Assembly (NCBI GenBank): GCA_040954595.2 | Contig: CM082586.2 | Span: 1,493,124-1,557,123, forward strand | Origin: Balanoglossus misakiensis | Taxonomy: Eukaryota; Animalia; Hemichordata | DNA: 64,000 bases | Direction: 5' to 3' | Shown: positions 26,582 to 39,200 of the stretch, one piece after another | Layout: every line of letters starts with the position of its first letter | How positions within the stretch are numbered: position 1 is the stretch's first letter | Translations under genes and position numbers: made by a program | Notes under the pieces: model-generated | Told to the model about the DNA's origin: nothing | Databases searched by the model: none | Seen by the model: the letters and a program-made list of their open reading frames with translations, nothing else

Positions 26582-29500
26582 ATGAGTTACAAAGACTGCC
26601 AGGTCAGTAAACATGTACTCTTGATTTGCCAGCTGGGTATCTCTCTCCAGTGGTGTGAAAGGTCACCTTGACCCACAAATGCAATACACGTTCAATATTA
26701 ATTAATAGGACCACCCATGGCGTGTAATCACGTCTCTGGCTGTTGATACTCAGCTTTTATGCAGTATGTGGGTGACTCGGATCGACTTGCCCCTCTGCTG
26801 CACCGAGTCTATTGTCGATCACCACCAACCTTTAAAGGTCAATGACCTTACACACGCCATACACGTCGTCCAGGGCGTTCGGTCACGTGACTTATTGCGT
26901 GCGTGACATGGTTTTAATAAGCTGTGGTAAAACCCAAAGAGCACCGTGAATGTTAAACTATAGTCACTCACAATAACTTGCCACCTTTGTGATATATAAA
27001 TAGGAATGGAAGAGAGTTGGGTTTCCTTTGTCAACGACGAGTAATGAGGCAGCCAAGATGTACGATGCTGTACTGACTCAGGTAACAGAAGTACACGTGA
27101 CTCCGAGGCATGCATGCAACATGAACAGACAATAAGGAGATATGTAAAAAAGTGTGAATAAAAAACAACTTTAATTGCATAAACTCGGTACAAATGTCAT
27201 AATAATACATGCATCATTATACTTTGATAGATTTGTAATTCCTTTCGTCTCTGATTGGTTATAATAATTTTTAAGTGATGAAATGTTGAGATTTAAATAA
27301 TTTTAATTCTCATGCACATTTTATTTGTTTGCTTTCTTCAGTATATGACTGGTTACGGGGATGACAGCTTGGGCGGTATGGGACCCTGCTTTGAGAAAAT
27401 GCTGACAGCCGATCCTGGGTTTGGTAATAGCCTAACTCGAAATATTCTTCATTTTTGTTTAACAAGAATCACACAATCGTCAATAAGATGGTCTGGGTAA
27501 CTGGGTATAATAGAACGTTCATTTTCGATATAGTTGCCTAACGCTTTTGGTATTTTTAGCGGGAAAAAACACATCGAAAAAAGGGTTAGAAAATAAAGCG
27601 GTCCAATCTTTCAATCTTTTTTAAACTTTTGACTGTAGTACTTGGACATGCCGCAAAGAATGGATTGACACTGATCAGCGGTGGTGGAAGTATTTTGAGC
27701 GATAAAGAGTTGAAAAACAACATCGATAAAATGGTTGAAATGGCTCAAAATGCGGACATCACACCTCTGGAAAAACTTCACGTCGACGCTGTTAAACTGT
27801 GGTCAGTCGGGTGAGTTCACATGGATCTATTGCGGTCTCCTGTAAAGTCATTTATCCGAAAATTCGGCAGTGTGCAGTTTGTCATATATATTCAGAAATG
27901 CCAGACATCATATTCACAAGTTGTAACCTTTGACCCGTGTAGCCAAGATGGCAACGTTGCATAACCTGACGCCATATTTGACAGGAAGTCAGTCACTTTG
28001 TGTTGTCTTGCTTTCAAGTTGAAAGTTTGGTTTGTGAACGATCTTCTACAAATTGAGATTAATAGAATCTCAAACCCCAAGGATATGAGATTAGATTTCT
28101 CAAGCGAGGTTGAGATATCCCAGCGGTTAGGAAAGTGAAAAATACAACTAAGTTATAAATTATAAAGATGATACTTTGATCCCTTCCCAGGAAAACTGCA
28201 GCTGCCTGTGACAAGTGGGAAGAAGTTTTGCTTCATTTTCCAACAGACATCTTGGCTCTCCGTAATCATTTTATAACCGATTTTTATTTCGGCCGAGTTG
28301 CACAGTACACGGATTGCATGGCCAGGATTTTGCCGTACTGGAAATCCTATCCCTCACTTGAGTTGTACAGGTATATTTATCGTGCATTATATATAGACAT
28401 TTGTACATAATTGACTATATAAGAAGATGTGCTGTAACATACATACACAGGCCAGAGTTTTTGTATTACGACACTATAGGGACGCCATCATAAGGCATTC
28501 ATGAACGTTTTTTCAGGACTGAACTCCGACATATCTGGACTAATATTAAAGTTAAAAAGGAAGACGAAAAATGTACAGGGGCGCATATAATATGACCGAG
28601 AAATGTTCTTTTTTTGTAGTATATCCAGATATTAATATTGAAATTCATAAATTGTACAAATTTAATAACTTCTATGTGTCTGGCTTTTAAGTGATATGCG
28701 AAGCATGTATGCCTTTGGCCTTGAAGAATCCAATCTCTTCGAAGAAGCAGAAAAGCTTTCTAGAGAGGTATGTAAATAAGGTGTACTAATTTTGTAATGA
28801 TCAGAATCTACCTACCAGCATGTCTGTCTGTCTGTCTATCTATCTATCTTAAAATAAATTATTACTTCTTATACTTAGGCGCTTTTGGATACTCCAAGAG
28901 ATGGCTGGGGAATTCACACTGTCGCCCATGTCATGGAAACACAGGGCCGTATTGACGAAGGCATTTCTTTTATTCAGGATAAAGAGAACGATTTTCAGGT
29001 ACAGAGAAATTTCAGATAATTGAGAACATTTGATATATGTATAGTTCTTCATTCAGAACATAAAATCTCGTCCAATGAACAGTGGTCTAAACAATTTTTT
29101 ATTGTCTTTTGAACAGAATCACGTTTTCCATGGTCACTTGTATTGGCACTTGGGGTTGCATTTTATCGAAAAGGCAAGTACACGTAGCAATGTTTATAAG
29201 TCATAATTTACGTACTGGTTTGTGTCTTCATCTCTCACCGTAAATGTGTGATACTCGAATGCAAAATCTACCATTTGATAATTTCCAAATAGCGTAGGGG
29301 TTGTTAAAAACAACAAACCGTTGTAATATTGAAACAAAGAGGAACATGATCTTCATTTATTTTCTTCTCAAACTTTATAGGGAGATTATGAAGCAGCAAT
29401 GACCTTATATGACGACAAGGTAAATATGTTATTTCACAATGACATCCCATTAATAAACGTTTTATGTTGGAAGATGTATTTAATCCTCGATCATCATTCA

Positions 29501-30567
29501 GTTTGCAGCAACTGCCATCACAGTTATTAGGGCGGAACACAGTTGACACAGGCTGAAAGGCCAAAACCTGTTATGATAAACAACTATACTTATTTGCTGA
29601 AAGACCATTTATTTTTCGTTCCAGCTTTGCAAACGTATGGAAAGTGGTATGACAATTGATCTAACAGACACATCTTCCTTCCTGTATCGTTTACAACTAG
29701 AAGGTATTACTGTTTGAATTTTACAATTTATCACCAATCTGTATGTTAAACCTCTACAGCTATACGGTGGAAGTTCCAGTCAACCATGTTTTGTTAACAT
29801 TGTCAGACGATTCTCTCATTCGAAATACACAGATTATTTCTTTGAAAAGAAGTCTTGATTAAACTAACACAATGTATTTTCTTTCGAAAGGGGTAAATGT
29901 TGGTGATAGGTGGAACAAGGTCTACGAGCACTGGGCTCCATACGCAGAAAACCATAGCTATGTGTTTGATGATATCCATAACTTCATGTCTGCTCAAGGA
30001 GCTAAGCAGAGTGATTGTGCCGACAAATTTATACAGTCGATAAAAGAATTCGTCAGGTAAACTCTCGCACTCATCAACGTGTACTGTCATAGCTATAATC
30101 TTGTTTTGTAAACAATGGAACTGGTCAGTACAAATGGACAAGTGTATTATGTAGATGGCTTTGATGATTAACACCCTAGACGATCACAGTCAGCACGCGT
30201 TCTGTAGATTCGCGACTGACTGTAAATTGGTAGGGCGATCACAAAAATCGTCGCATGAGACTCAATATACAGGGAAAGTTAGAACTGTTAACTTTGTTAA
30301 TGTTTATGGCAACTTTTCTTTGCATACTGTAGCAACGCAGACGATGACAACATGAATGCACAAGTGTTCAAGCACGTAGGGATACCCCTCTGTGAAGCAT
30401 TCGAAGCTTACGGCAATGGTGACTACGCCAAAGCTGTGGACATTATGACTCCAATTCGGTACAAGGTGATAGAGATTGGTGGCAGCCATGCACAGGTAAT
30501 TATTGGGACTCATTGATTGTATATGATGGTATTATTTCATCATCATCATTAAATACAAGAACATCAA

Positions 30568-30606
<39 letters not shown>

Positions 30607-31052
30607 TAAAATATAATAACAAATTTGTATGATTGCATCGTAGGTATAATCTTATTTTATATTCTTCTATTGCAATTACTCTACAGGCAGATATCTTTAA
30701 TCTTTTCCTAATCCATGCTGCACTGAAATCACCCGAAGAGAGGCACAAGTTGCTCGCCAGGTAAAACACTTCACAAAGATATATTTCAGAATTTGTTAGA
30801 TCTGTTTTGGTGTGTATCAGTGTTTGTTTGAAATGGAATGCAGTAGATGTGTAGTTTATACCATGCTCTATATGCATGCAAGAAGATTACCGAGTGGGAC
30901 GCTGGTACCATACATTTATACAATTTTATAAGTTTGTGTATCATTTCTGTGCACTGTTTCTTGTTAGGAGCTTCTTATACGAGAGAAGAGCACAACGGAA
31001 ATGTTCTCCAATGACAGCACGGCTCTTAGGACAGATAGCGAGCGTTGACTAA
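26582..31052 (+). CDS. TTC38: TTC38-like protein, divergent copy 2 (14 coding exons, one GC-AG intron)
   Basis: MSYKDCQ (26582-26602)|EWKRVGFPLSTTSNEAAKMYDA (27004-27081).. DGWGIHTVAHVME, HGHLYWH, DTSSFLYRLQLEG, IGGSHAQADIFN, SPMTARL, TAA at 31050-31052. Frame maintained throughout. Confidence 0.9.
30538..30606. repeat. (CAT)n microsatellite in a TTC38 copy 2 intron
   Basis: Interrupted CAT array, main run about 30568-30606. Confidence 0.95.
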
Positions 31053-31660
31053 ATGGGATGACTATCGAATAACTGTTCTTAGTCTCTGTGTTGGAATTCA
31101 GCCTTCTTAATTTTCCCAGTTCGTTCGACCAGTCAGAAGTTCATCCTGCTAATCTCTTCTCACAATCCAGCACTCATCCTCTAGCCATTGCAATATTGCT
31201 AGTCGCAGACAGGTCAAGTACAACTATCCTTTATAGCCCGACTCCCTCTGAATGATGTGAATGCTAAAACCAAGCCTTTACAGGTCTTAATGTAAGAGTG
31301 AAAATGCCCACAGTATAGTTGATCAGAAACTATCTTTATTACTCATAGTGTATCTTAATACATAATGCTTTAGCATAACTACATCTCAAGATTGTTTGCT
31401 TCCATTCATCACATAAAATTCAAATAGTTTGTCCGTATACGGCTCAGCTGAACCAGTTTTAGCAACATGTAAAGCGTTACATGTCAGAGGTTAAAAAACT
31501 CTGTTATCACTCTGTGTACTCTATGTAGGATTTAAATTCTATGATTCAGTATCAGTGAATTTCAATGCTTTCTTTCTGTCCTTTTGTAATTTTCAAATTT
31601 CTACATGTAAACAATTTCATTATCACATGTATGAGAATTGTTGCGTTGCCTGTGATCTAG

Positions 31661-34600
31661 CTAGGTGGTGTGAGTTGTGGCTTTGGCAATCAATCTGTCA
31701 GTCATGGGTGATGACTCTTTCAGTGCTTTCCGTTCAACCAGAAGGGACCTGAAGAAAGGCAAATGAAAAGCAATGTAATTAATTCTAGGTGTCATTGGAA
31801 CATCACTTGGATGTGCAAGTGTTTAATTCTACATGTACCTTCATTATGCAATACTGCTTGATATCCAGTTTGCATTGGTGCATAATGGAGTTGCTACTAA
31901 TAGCAATATACCAGTATATTTTGATCATAACCCATCACTATTCTAAAGTTCATAGGTCAAATATATAGTGTTTACATGTATACATACTCTATGAATCTTA
32001 AATTAATATATGTAAATGAATATGTGGTTTACCTTGCAATTTGCTGGTGTTTCTTTTCAGGCGACTTCATTGCTGCATTTATCAGGAACAAGTTGAACAG
32101 ATCTCTCTAAATATAAAAAAAATATGATCCAGTAATGAAATATAAACAGCAAAGAAGGTGTTAAAGTAACCACACGAACAGATTCTGAGAGAAAAATTCT
32201 GATAAAAATCCTAAAAATTGCCCCTAAATACAATCATGCAAATTCCACCACAATTTGAACGAATTATATACAATACCTGGGCATTACTGCCTCCAATCTT
32301 ATGGACCTTGTAACGAACTGGCAGAAACAAATCCACTGCCTTGGCAAAGTTTCCATTGTCATAAGCTTGGAAAGCATCACAGATCACAATGCCCACTTCT
32401 TCAGCAATATCTCTCTGTGAACCAGGTTTTTCACTGAATTTCAATATGAAAAAAATTCATAATTAACAAATGTAACATCATTAATATAGATAATTAATGT
32501 CAGTTGGTTATTGACCCGGCTGAGATGTTTTCTGAGCACAAACAAAAAAGACATTTTTTAGCAATGACGGCAATATGTTCCAATACACTGTACCTTATGA
32601 AAGTCTTCACTGAATCCATCAGTTTTTGTGTCTCATCCTTCTGTTTATTTCCAAGCGATGACATCAGCAAGTGAATATCATTGAAACAAAGGATGTGGTC
32701 ACCAATGTGAGGTTTGCAAATTTCAAAGACATCCTTCCATCTTTCTTCAACATTGATACCTTATAAAACCAGAAAAAAAATATGTTAGCTACATTGTTCT
32801 TGCTAAATCGTAGTCAGACCTGTACTTTGAAGTGTTTATAGGCCTTTACCAACCTTCCATCTCCATTCTGTACAGCATCGAACATGCATCTACAATGTCC
32901 AACAATGCCCCTGACTTCATTCTCTGCGAAATCTGGAAAATAAAATGTCAGAAAATTAGATTGAATCTGTGTTGAAATGTGCAAAATCAAGCTGACAATG
33001 ATACCCACTGTATCAGTAACTTCTATTTGTGAAGTGGTTTCCAATGGTGATGTCTCAAATGAACAAATGAAAATTCATTTATTTTCGTGGGTAAGTTAAA
33101 GTGTAAATAGCCTACCTCTGTATCGAAAATGTCCATAGCACCAGACTGGTCACCCTATTTTTGGAAAAATAGCAACATATAAGATGAGCGAGTACTGCCT
33201 GATTCTTAACGATTTTGAAATGAGAAAGTGACTTTCAACAATGAGTTCTTCATCAAATATAGTGACTGTGCTTAAACACACCTTTTCCAAGAGATACAGT
33301 GCCCAGTGCCAGAAGTTGTGACAGGTAAGCATGCCACATTTCTGAAGAGAAAAAAAACAAAAGAGATCAATGTCATACTATGTAGGGTGTAACTCTGAGT
33401 AGAAAATTCCATATTAATATGCTAGTACCGTAATCACTCTATCAGTTCAACCACTCCATTAATTCAACCACCCACTATTCTTTGGAAAATTAATTATTTT
33501 GTAACCTTCAATTGTTTGACCACTGATTAAATGCATGTGTTGATATTGTGTATTTTTCATGAAAATATCTGCAACTTTGACCTTCCAAGGTATTCAGAAC
33601 TCACTGATTTTATTCTGGCTGACCTTAAACAGTTCAATTATATCATAAATATCACCTAAACTACATGCTGATAGTGCATACAGTGCATGCCATGCAAACA
33701 TGCCCCCCTGAAAAATTATTCAAGCACTTTGAGTGGCCATTTTTTTGTTGTTATTTTTATTCTATTAGTTTGTCTTTTCACAAATCATATTTATTTTTTT
33801 CTGGTCGAACTGATGGAGTGATTACGGTAGTTACTCACAGACCAATTATCCTTTGTGTTTCCCATGAAAGTTGCACCTTCATCTTGCCTTCCCATCATTT
33901 CAAATACATGTGCCATGGAGTGGGTGGACCAGGCATCATTCTTGTTCAGTTCCAAACCCTGCGAGAAAACATCATCCCAGGGGGTACCACATGGTCACTC
34001 AAGAACATCGGCATGCTGTATTCAGATGGAAGATACAGACGAACAACCACGCAAATGCAGATTACTATAAAACCAATTTCAAATAATTTCACTCACCATT
34101 CTGGCTTCTTTTTCAGCCTGTTCATAGAAGTTGGTCTCAACCAAGCCAAAGGAGTACATCCCTTTCAAATATCTGATAAAATATCAGATTTACTTGTTTT
34201 GTTTCAAGAACAGATTTGTACATCTAGATATGGTGAAATTAGGCATTTTTATCACTCGATCGCCTTGGTAGCAATAACCTATTTAAGGTAGGGACAATTA
34301 TATTGGAAAAGTTTCAGCTTACCCATACAATGGTGTATCTGGTTTCCAATGAGGCAAAACTCTGGCAATGGAGTCTCTCATCTGAGCAGAGTATCCCATG
34401 TAGAAATAGGAATCATGTGCAAACTTGAGGGCGAGTATATCCATTGGATACTCAACCAACACCTCCTCCCATTTATCTTGGGCGCTTGTGATGTCCCTGT
34501 GTGTGTTTAATTGGCACAGAGTATAAAGTTTAGCAAGCTGTCAACCATAACGCTAATGAAGTGGTATCGAAACCAAACATTCAAGAATCATGATTGATCA

Positions 34601-35754
34601 ATAATCACAAATGGAAGGAAACTTTTGTGATTGAAGTCCAGCAGGGTATTCTTACCCACAGCTGCCTTTGAATACTGAATTGCCTCTGTAGTATACTTCA
34701 TGTATAATACACAAAAACCCTTATAGTTTATTACTACAGGGGCCCTTCAGTATCCACAGGCACCTGTGATCTTACCCATATGCCCACAGCCTCACTGCTT
34801 CAGCATGGAGTTTTTCTCGGGAACCAACACCGGGGTTGTCAGCCAGCTTCACTGTGTTATCAATGTCTCTTTTGAATTCTGCATCAAGGTGGATGGATCT
34901 TCCTGTTCCCATAACATCAAGACCGTTGACCAGAACATGACCAAGTACTATGGAAATAAAGTCATATGCATCAGCATTAATTTTTTTTTTCAGTGGAAAA
35001 ACATCTATGCAGGTAAACAAAATTGTAAAACAAATTATGTATAATCAATCATAACTCTTTGGATACTTACCAAAGTTTGGATCTGATTCAATCAGCTTCT
35101 TGGCACAAGCTTCCATACCACCCACTGAATCCTCATCATACCAACCAACATACTATATGTAAACAAATAAACAATACGTGGTCGCATATGGTACAATCTT
35201 ACAGGTGTGTAAATTTGAATTTCATTAATTTTAATAATTCATGATTTCATTATTATAAGTGACTTACCTGGCATACAAGTGCATCATACAGCTTAGCTGT
35301 CTCGTTGTTGGTTGTGGACAGTGGTAACCCTTGCCTCTGCCATTCCTGTGGATCATCAATCATATGCAAATGTCTTAGAAAACAGCGCAGTCCCCTTCAT
35401 GATTGATTACTCAGTTTGCAAGTGACTGTGTACGTCAGCCACGCCCCCTCCCCTTCCTCGAGTTCAACAACACCCACAAGACAAATACGATCGTCTGCAG
35501 TCTGTGTCAACCAACAGATTTCAACTCCCAACCACAAATTCTCAAATCATAGGCGTGAGATCGCAGGCCACCGCCGTGTAAAAAAACAATTCCCAGGCGA
35601 CTGTGACCACGCCCACCCGCAACAAACATGATCCACGAAGTGAAAGTAAACAACTGTGTTCGATTCCAAAAGCAGATCCACGGCAATTTGCAAGAAGATC
35701 GCTTAGTAAAAGGAGAACGGAAATTACCTGGCAATCACGCCAATGACTGTACAT
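31661..35754 (-). CDS. TTC38: TTC38, most canonical copy 3 (14 coding exons)
   Basis: MYSHWRDCQ|EWQRQGLPLSTTNNETAKLYDA.., PMDILALKFAHDSYFYMG, YLKGMYSFGLVETN, DAWSTHSMAHVFEM, CHNFWHWALYLLEKG, DHILCFNDIH, IGGSNAQRDLFN. These match remembered vertebrate TTC38 motifs. Confidence 0.93.
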
Positions 35755-35977
35755 AGTTCAGATTCAAGCTGCAACACCGAAATCAGCCTAGATTCACCGA
35801 CGTCTTTGGTTTGCGACTGACCTGACTGACCTTGCCTGGTGATGTGTGAGGACACGAACTCACTGCTGACTTTATTTGCATATGGTCACCTGATACTTGA
35901 AAGGTCAAAGGGCAATATGCCGAGTGCTAGTGCTGGCCACAATCGGGCATGAGACACGTGAAAACCCTGTCATATTG
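35755..35977. promoter_or_regulatory. Compact bidirectional promoter between TTC38 copy 3 and the pseudouridine-catabolism gene
   Basis: TTC38 ATG at 35754 (-) and a plus-strand donor TTG|GTAAGA at 35977. Contains TGACCTgacTGACCT (35818-35832), ATTTGCAT (35874-35881) and AGGTCAaAGGGCA (35902-35914). Confidence 0.6.
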
Positions 35978-36278
35978 GTAAGAGAACCTAAGTCTTATAG
36001 TTTATTGGGTAGATATAATATTGACGCCGGTCTGATTATGATTGCTGTCTGCAACGGATCCACAGTAAGCGAGCTGATCAGCTACTGATCTCGGGTACGT
36101 ACACTCGCGTGCCCCACCCACCTCGCAGCTCGGGTGGGCGTGTCCGGGATGATATAGGTACCACTGGAACTTGGAAGTTGAACCCTTGTTGGCAGATCCG
36201 CATATTATAAAGACTTTTGACTGGACAGATCATATTAGTAACACCATTTTCATTCAGTTTTCTACAGGAAGAGAAGAG

Positions 36279-39200
36279 ATGATTTATCATTCCAAAGTAA
36301 TCCATCACATAGGAAGATCCCTGGCCACGTTTGTTGACTTGGCAGATTCTACCAAAATCCATAAACTTCTTTTCTTTCAACAAAACAGGAAACTTTCAAA
36401 CAGTAAGTAGATATTAAAACTGCAGTAATTATATTTTCCATAATTTCGGCGATGTGTGTGCACATAAAAATCCTGAAAAATAGCCAACAGTCAATCTCTA
36501 TGTCACACACTATTTTCTTTACACTTACAGGTTTAATTCACATACACCCTAATGTGTCTGAGGCTTTATCTGCAGGGAAGCCTGTTGTGGCTTTGGAGAG
36601 TACAATTATTACCCATGGAATGCCATATCCCCATAACTTGAGGTAGACATGATCAGTGTGTTCACCAGTAGCATTATCCCAGCACCTTTCACTGGAAAAA
36701 ATATTTATTGCTGTTGATTGTCTTGTTGTATTTTAAAATTTTAAGTCATTGTGCTTTTCTTAAAAAAGTTAAAAATACACTCAACAGAAAATTGCAGAGT
36801 TGATGGAAAACTGATTCTAATATGTCAAGTTCATTTACTCAGGACAGCGCAAATGATCGAGTCCATTGTCAGAGAAAACAACGCCACACCAGCAACTGTT
36901 GCGGTTCTCGATGGTCAAGTTCACGTTGGAATCACAGAGGAGCAATTGAAGCGATTGTCTTCAAGCAGTCATGCTGTGAAAGTGTCTAGAAGGGATTTCT
37001 CCCCAGTGCTATCTCAGGTACAGTCATGTTTGTTCTTGCAGAAGTGTTTAATCATCAGTATAGGATGACTGATGACCAAATTCAGATTACAGGGATGTTT
37101 TTACATTTTGATCTGTGCATCTGTTGCTTTGCAGGGAGGCAGTGGAGGTACCACGGTGTCTGGTACAATGATCGTCGCCCAGAAAGTTGGAATACCAGTC
37201 TTTGTTACAGGTGGAATAGGTGGGGTACATAGAGGTGCTGAATCATGTACGTATATAAGCACTACTGTGATAAGTTGAGAAGTTTTTGGCCAATTCTCCA
37301 GTGAGAACCAACTGATATATTAAATTTTACCTTGTTCTTTTTCCAGCAATGGACATAAGTGCTGACCTGACAGAACTTGGGAGAACACCCATCACTGTGG
37401 TATCTGCTGGAGTGAAATCAATTCTGGATATTGGCAGAACACTGGAATATTTGGTAGGAAGTTTTTAATAAGACAATTCTAAAGGTACACGGTCATGGTA
37501 GTTACACGTAATTATATGATGTCAAAGTTGTGTCCACAGGGATTGATGATGTCATCACGATGCCTAGGAGTTCAGACCTTGATCACCAGTTTAGTTTTAA
37601 CAACTTCCAGGAAACAGAAGGTGTCACCGTGGCAACATTTGGAAAGACCAGAGATTTCCCAGCATTCTTCACTCCAAAGAGTGGTCACATGGCTCCGTAC
37701 AATGTAGAGACACCCAGAGAGGCTGCCGACATGATTGGTAATGGACAACAATATATCTGATTACAGAATGATTCTAGGAGAGTCACCCCCTGGGTATCAT
37801 ACCCACTGGACACTAAATTACCTTTGTTATTCCCAACATTTGGCCAGAGTGATGGGTTGGAAATGTCCAAGTGATACTTATCTTTGGGCCAATATACTGA
37901 TACGTACTGAATAAATGACAGGGGATCAGATAATAGAAAGTGATAATTTCTCATTGATTTCCTTTATTGTTAAATAAGGATACTTGTATATACTTCATCT
38001 CCATGTTCACCACAGTGTTCATAATTAACCTCCACCATCTTTTTTCCAGTCCATCATCTGTCACTTGGATTGCAAAGTGGCCTTTTAGTGGCTGTTCCTA
38101 TTCCTGCAGAAGAGGCTGGTGTCGGGGAAACCATCGGGAAAGCAATACAACAAGCACTGATGGAAGCCAGGTACTAATAAGAGTCACAAGATCATACATG
38201 TACATTTGTATATGCTAACTTGGACTAGATGATACTACAACTTTTGACCATAAATTATTTATTCTGTTGATTCGTCTCACTGATAGTTTGATGATATTCC
38301 CGCATCTTTCTTTCTCATTCAGAGAGAATGGCATTATCGGAAAAGAAGTGACACCGTACATTCTTCAGAGAGTAAATGAACTTACGGAAGGAAAATCTCT
38401 TCAAGCAAGTATCCTTGTATGCACACACTCAAGAGAAAATTTACTGAGGCATATGTTTGGTTATGCCTCCGTTTCAAGGGTCTGGAGATGAAATGCCATA
38501 AATCATAGACATATAAACCTATACATGCATAGTGACTGATGTGTACCTGATTCAGTGAGGCATAAATTATCATGACACTTCAACTACGAGTATTTGTATT
38601 GCTGACAGTAAATGTCATGAAATCTGCCCTGTCACCTGGTCGAATATCAAGTACAGGGGAGTTGTATTTGGCTGTGTCTGGTGAGTTTAAATTGACTTTT
38701 TCTCATTAACAGATGCAGCGTCACTTTCAACCAGTTTGGATGTATTTTTTTTATGTTTCGTAAAGTTTGTTTGATCTTAATGTTGAACAATGTAGATATT
38801 GCCCTGATAAAGAATAACGCCAAAGTGGGGAGTCAGATTGCTTGTGAAATAGCCAAAATAACTCAGGAAAAAGAAACAAATAAATCTGAGTCTACTCCGA
38901 GGACAGTTAGTAGACCAAAGGTTGATTTCAAGCAAACAGAAACACACCCCAGACCAGTCGTCATAGGAGCCAGTATTGTTGACTTTATGGCAGCCATAGC
39001 AAAGAAAGATGTCATGGTGAGTGAGATCGCCCTCCACGTTGAATATCAAACTTTTTGGGTGGCTGGCAAGGTCTCAGAAGGTTGTTGGGATAAAGTGAAC
39101 ATTTCAATGAATGACTTGCTGTTTTTCTCGTGAATCATTTATAGGATGACCACTGGGCATACAATAATTATGTTTAAAATGTTTTATTGTTTGTCATCAG

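Noticed and set aside
30500-30877. ORF with a poly-Asp run
   Set aside because: Product of the (CAT)n microsatellite read antisense within a TTC38 intron.
33665-34291. 208-aa plus-strand ORF
   Set aside because: Antisense to TTC38 copy 3 exons and introns; low complexity with no recognisable domain.
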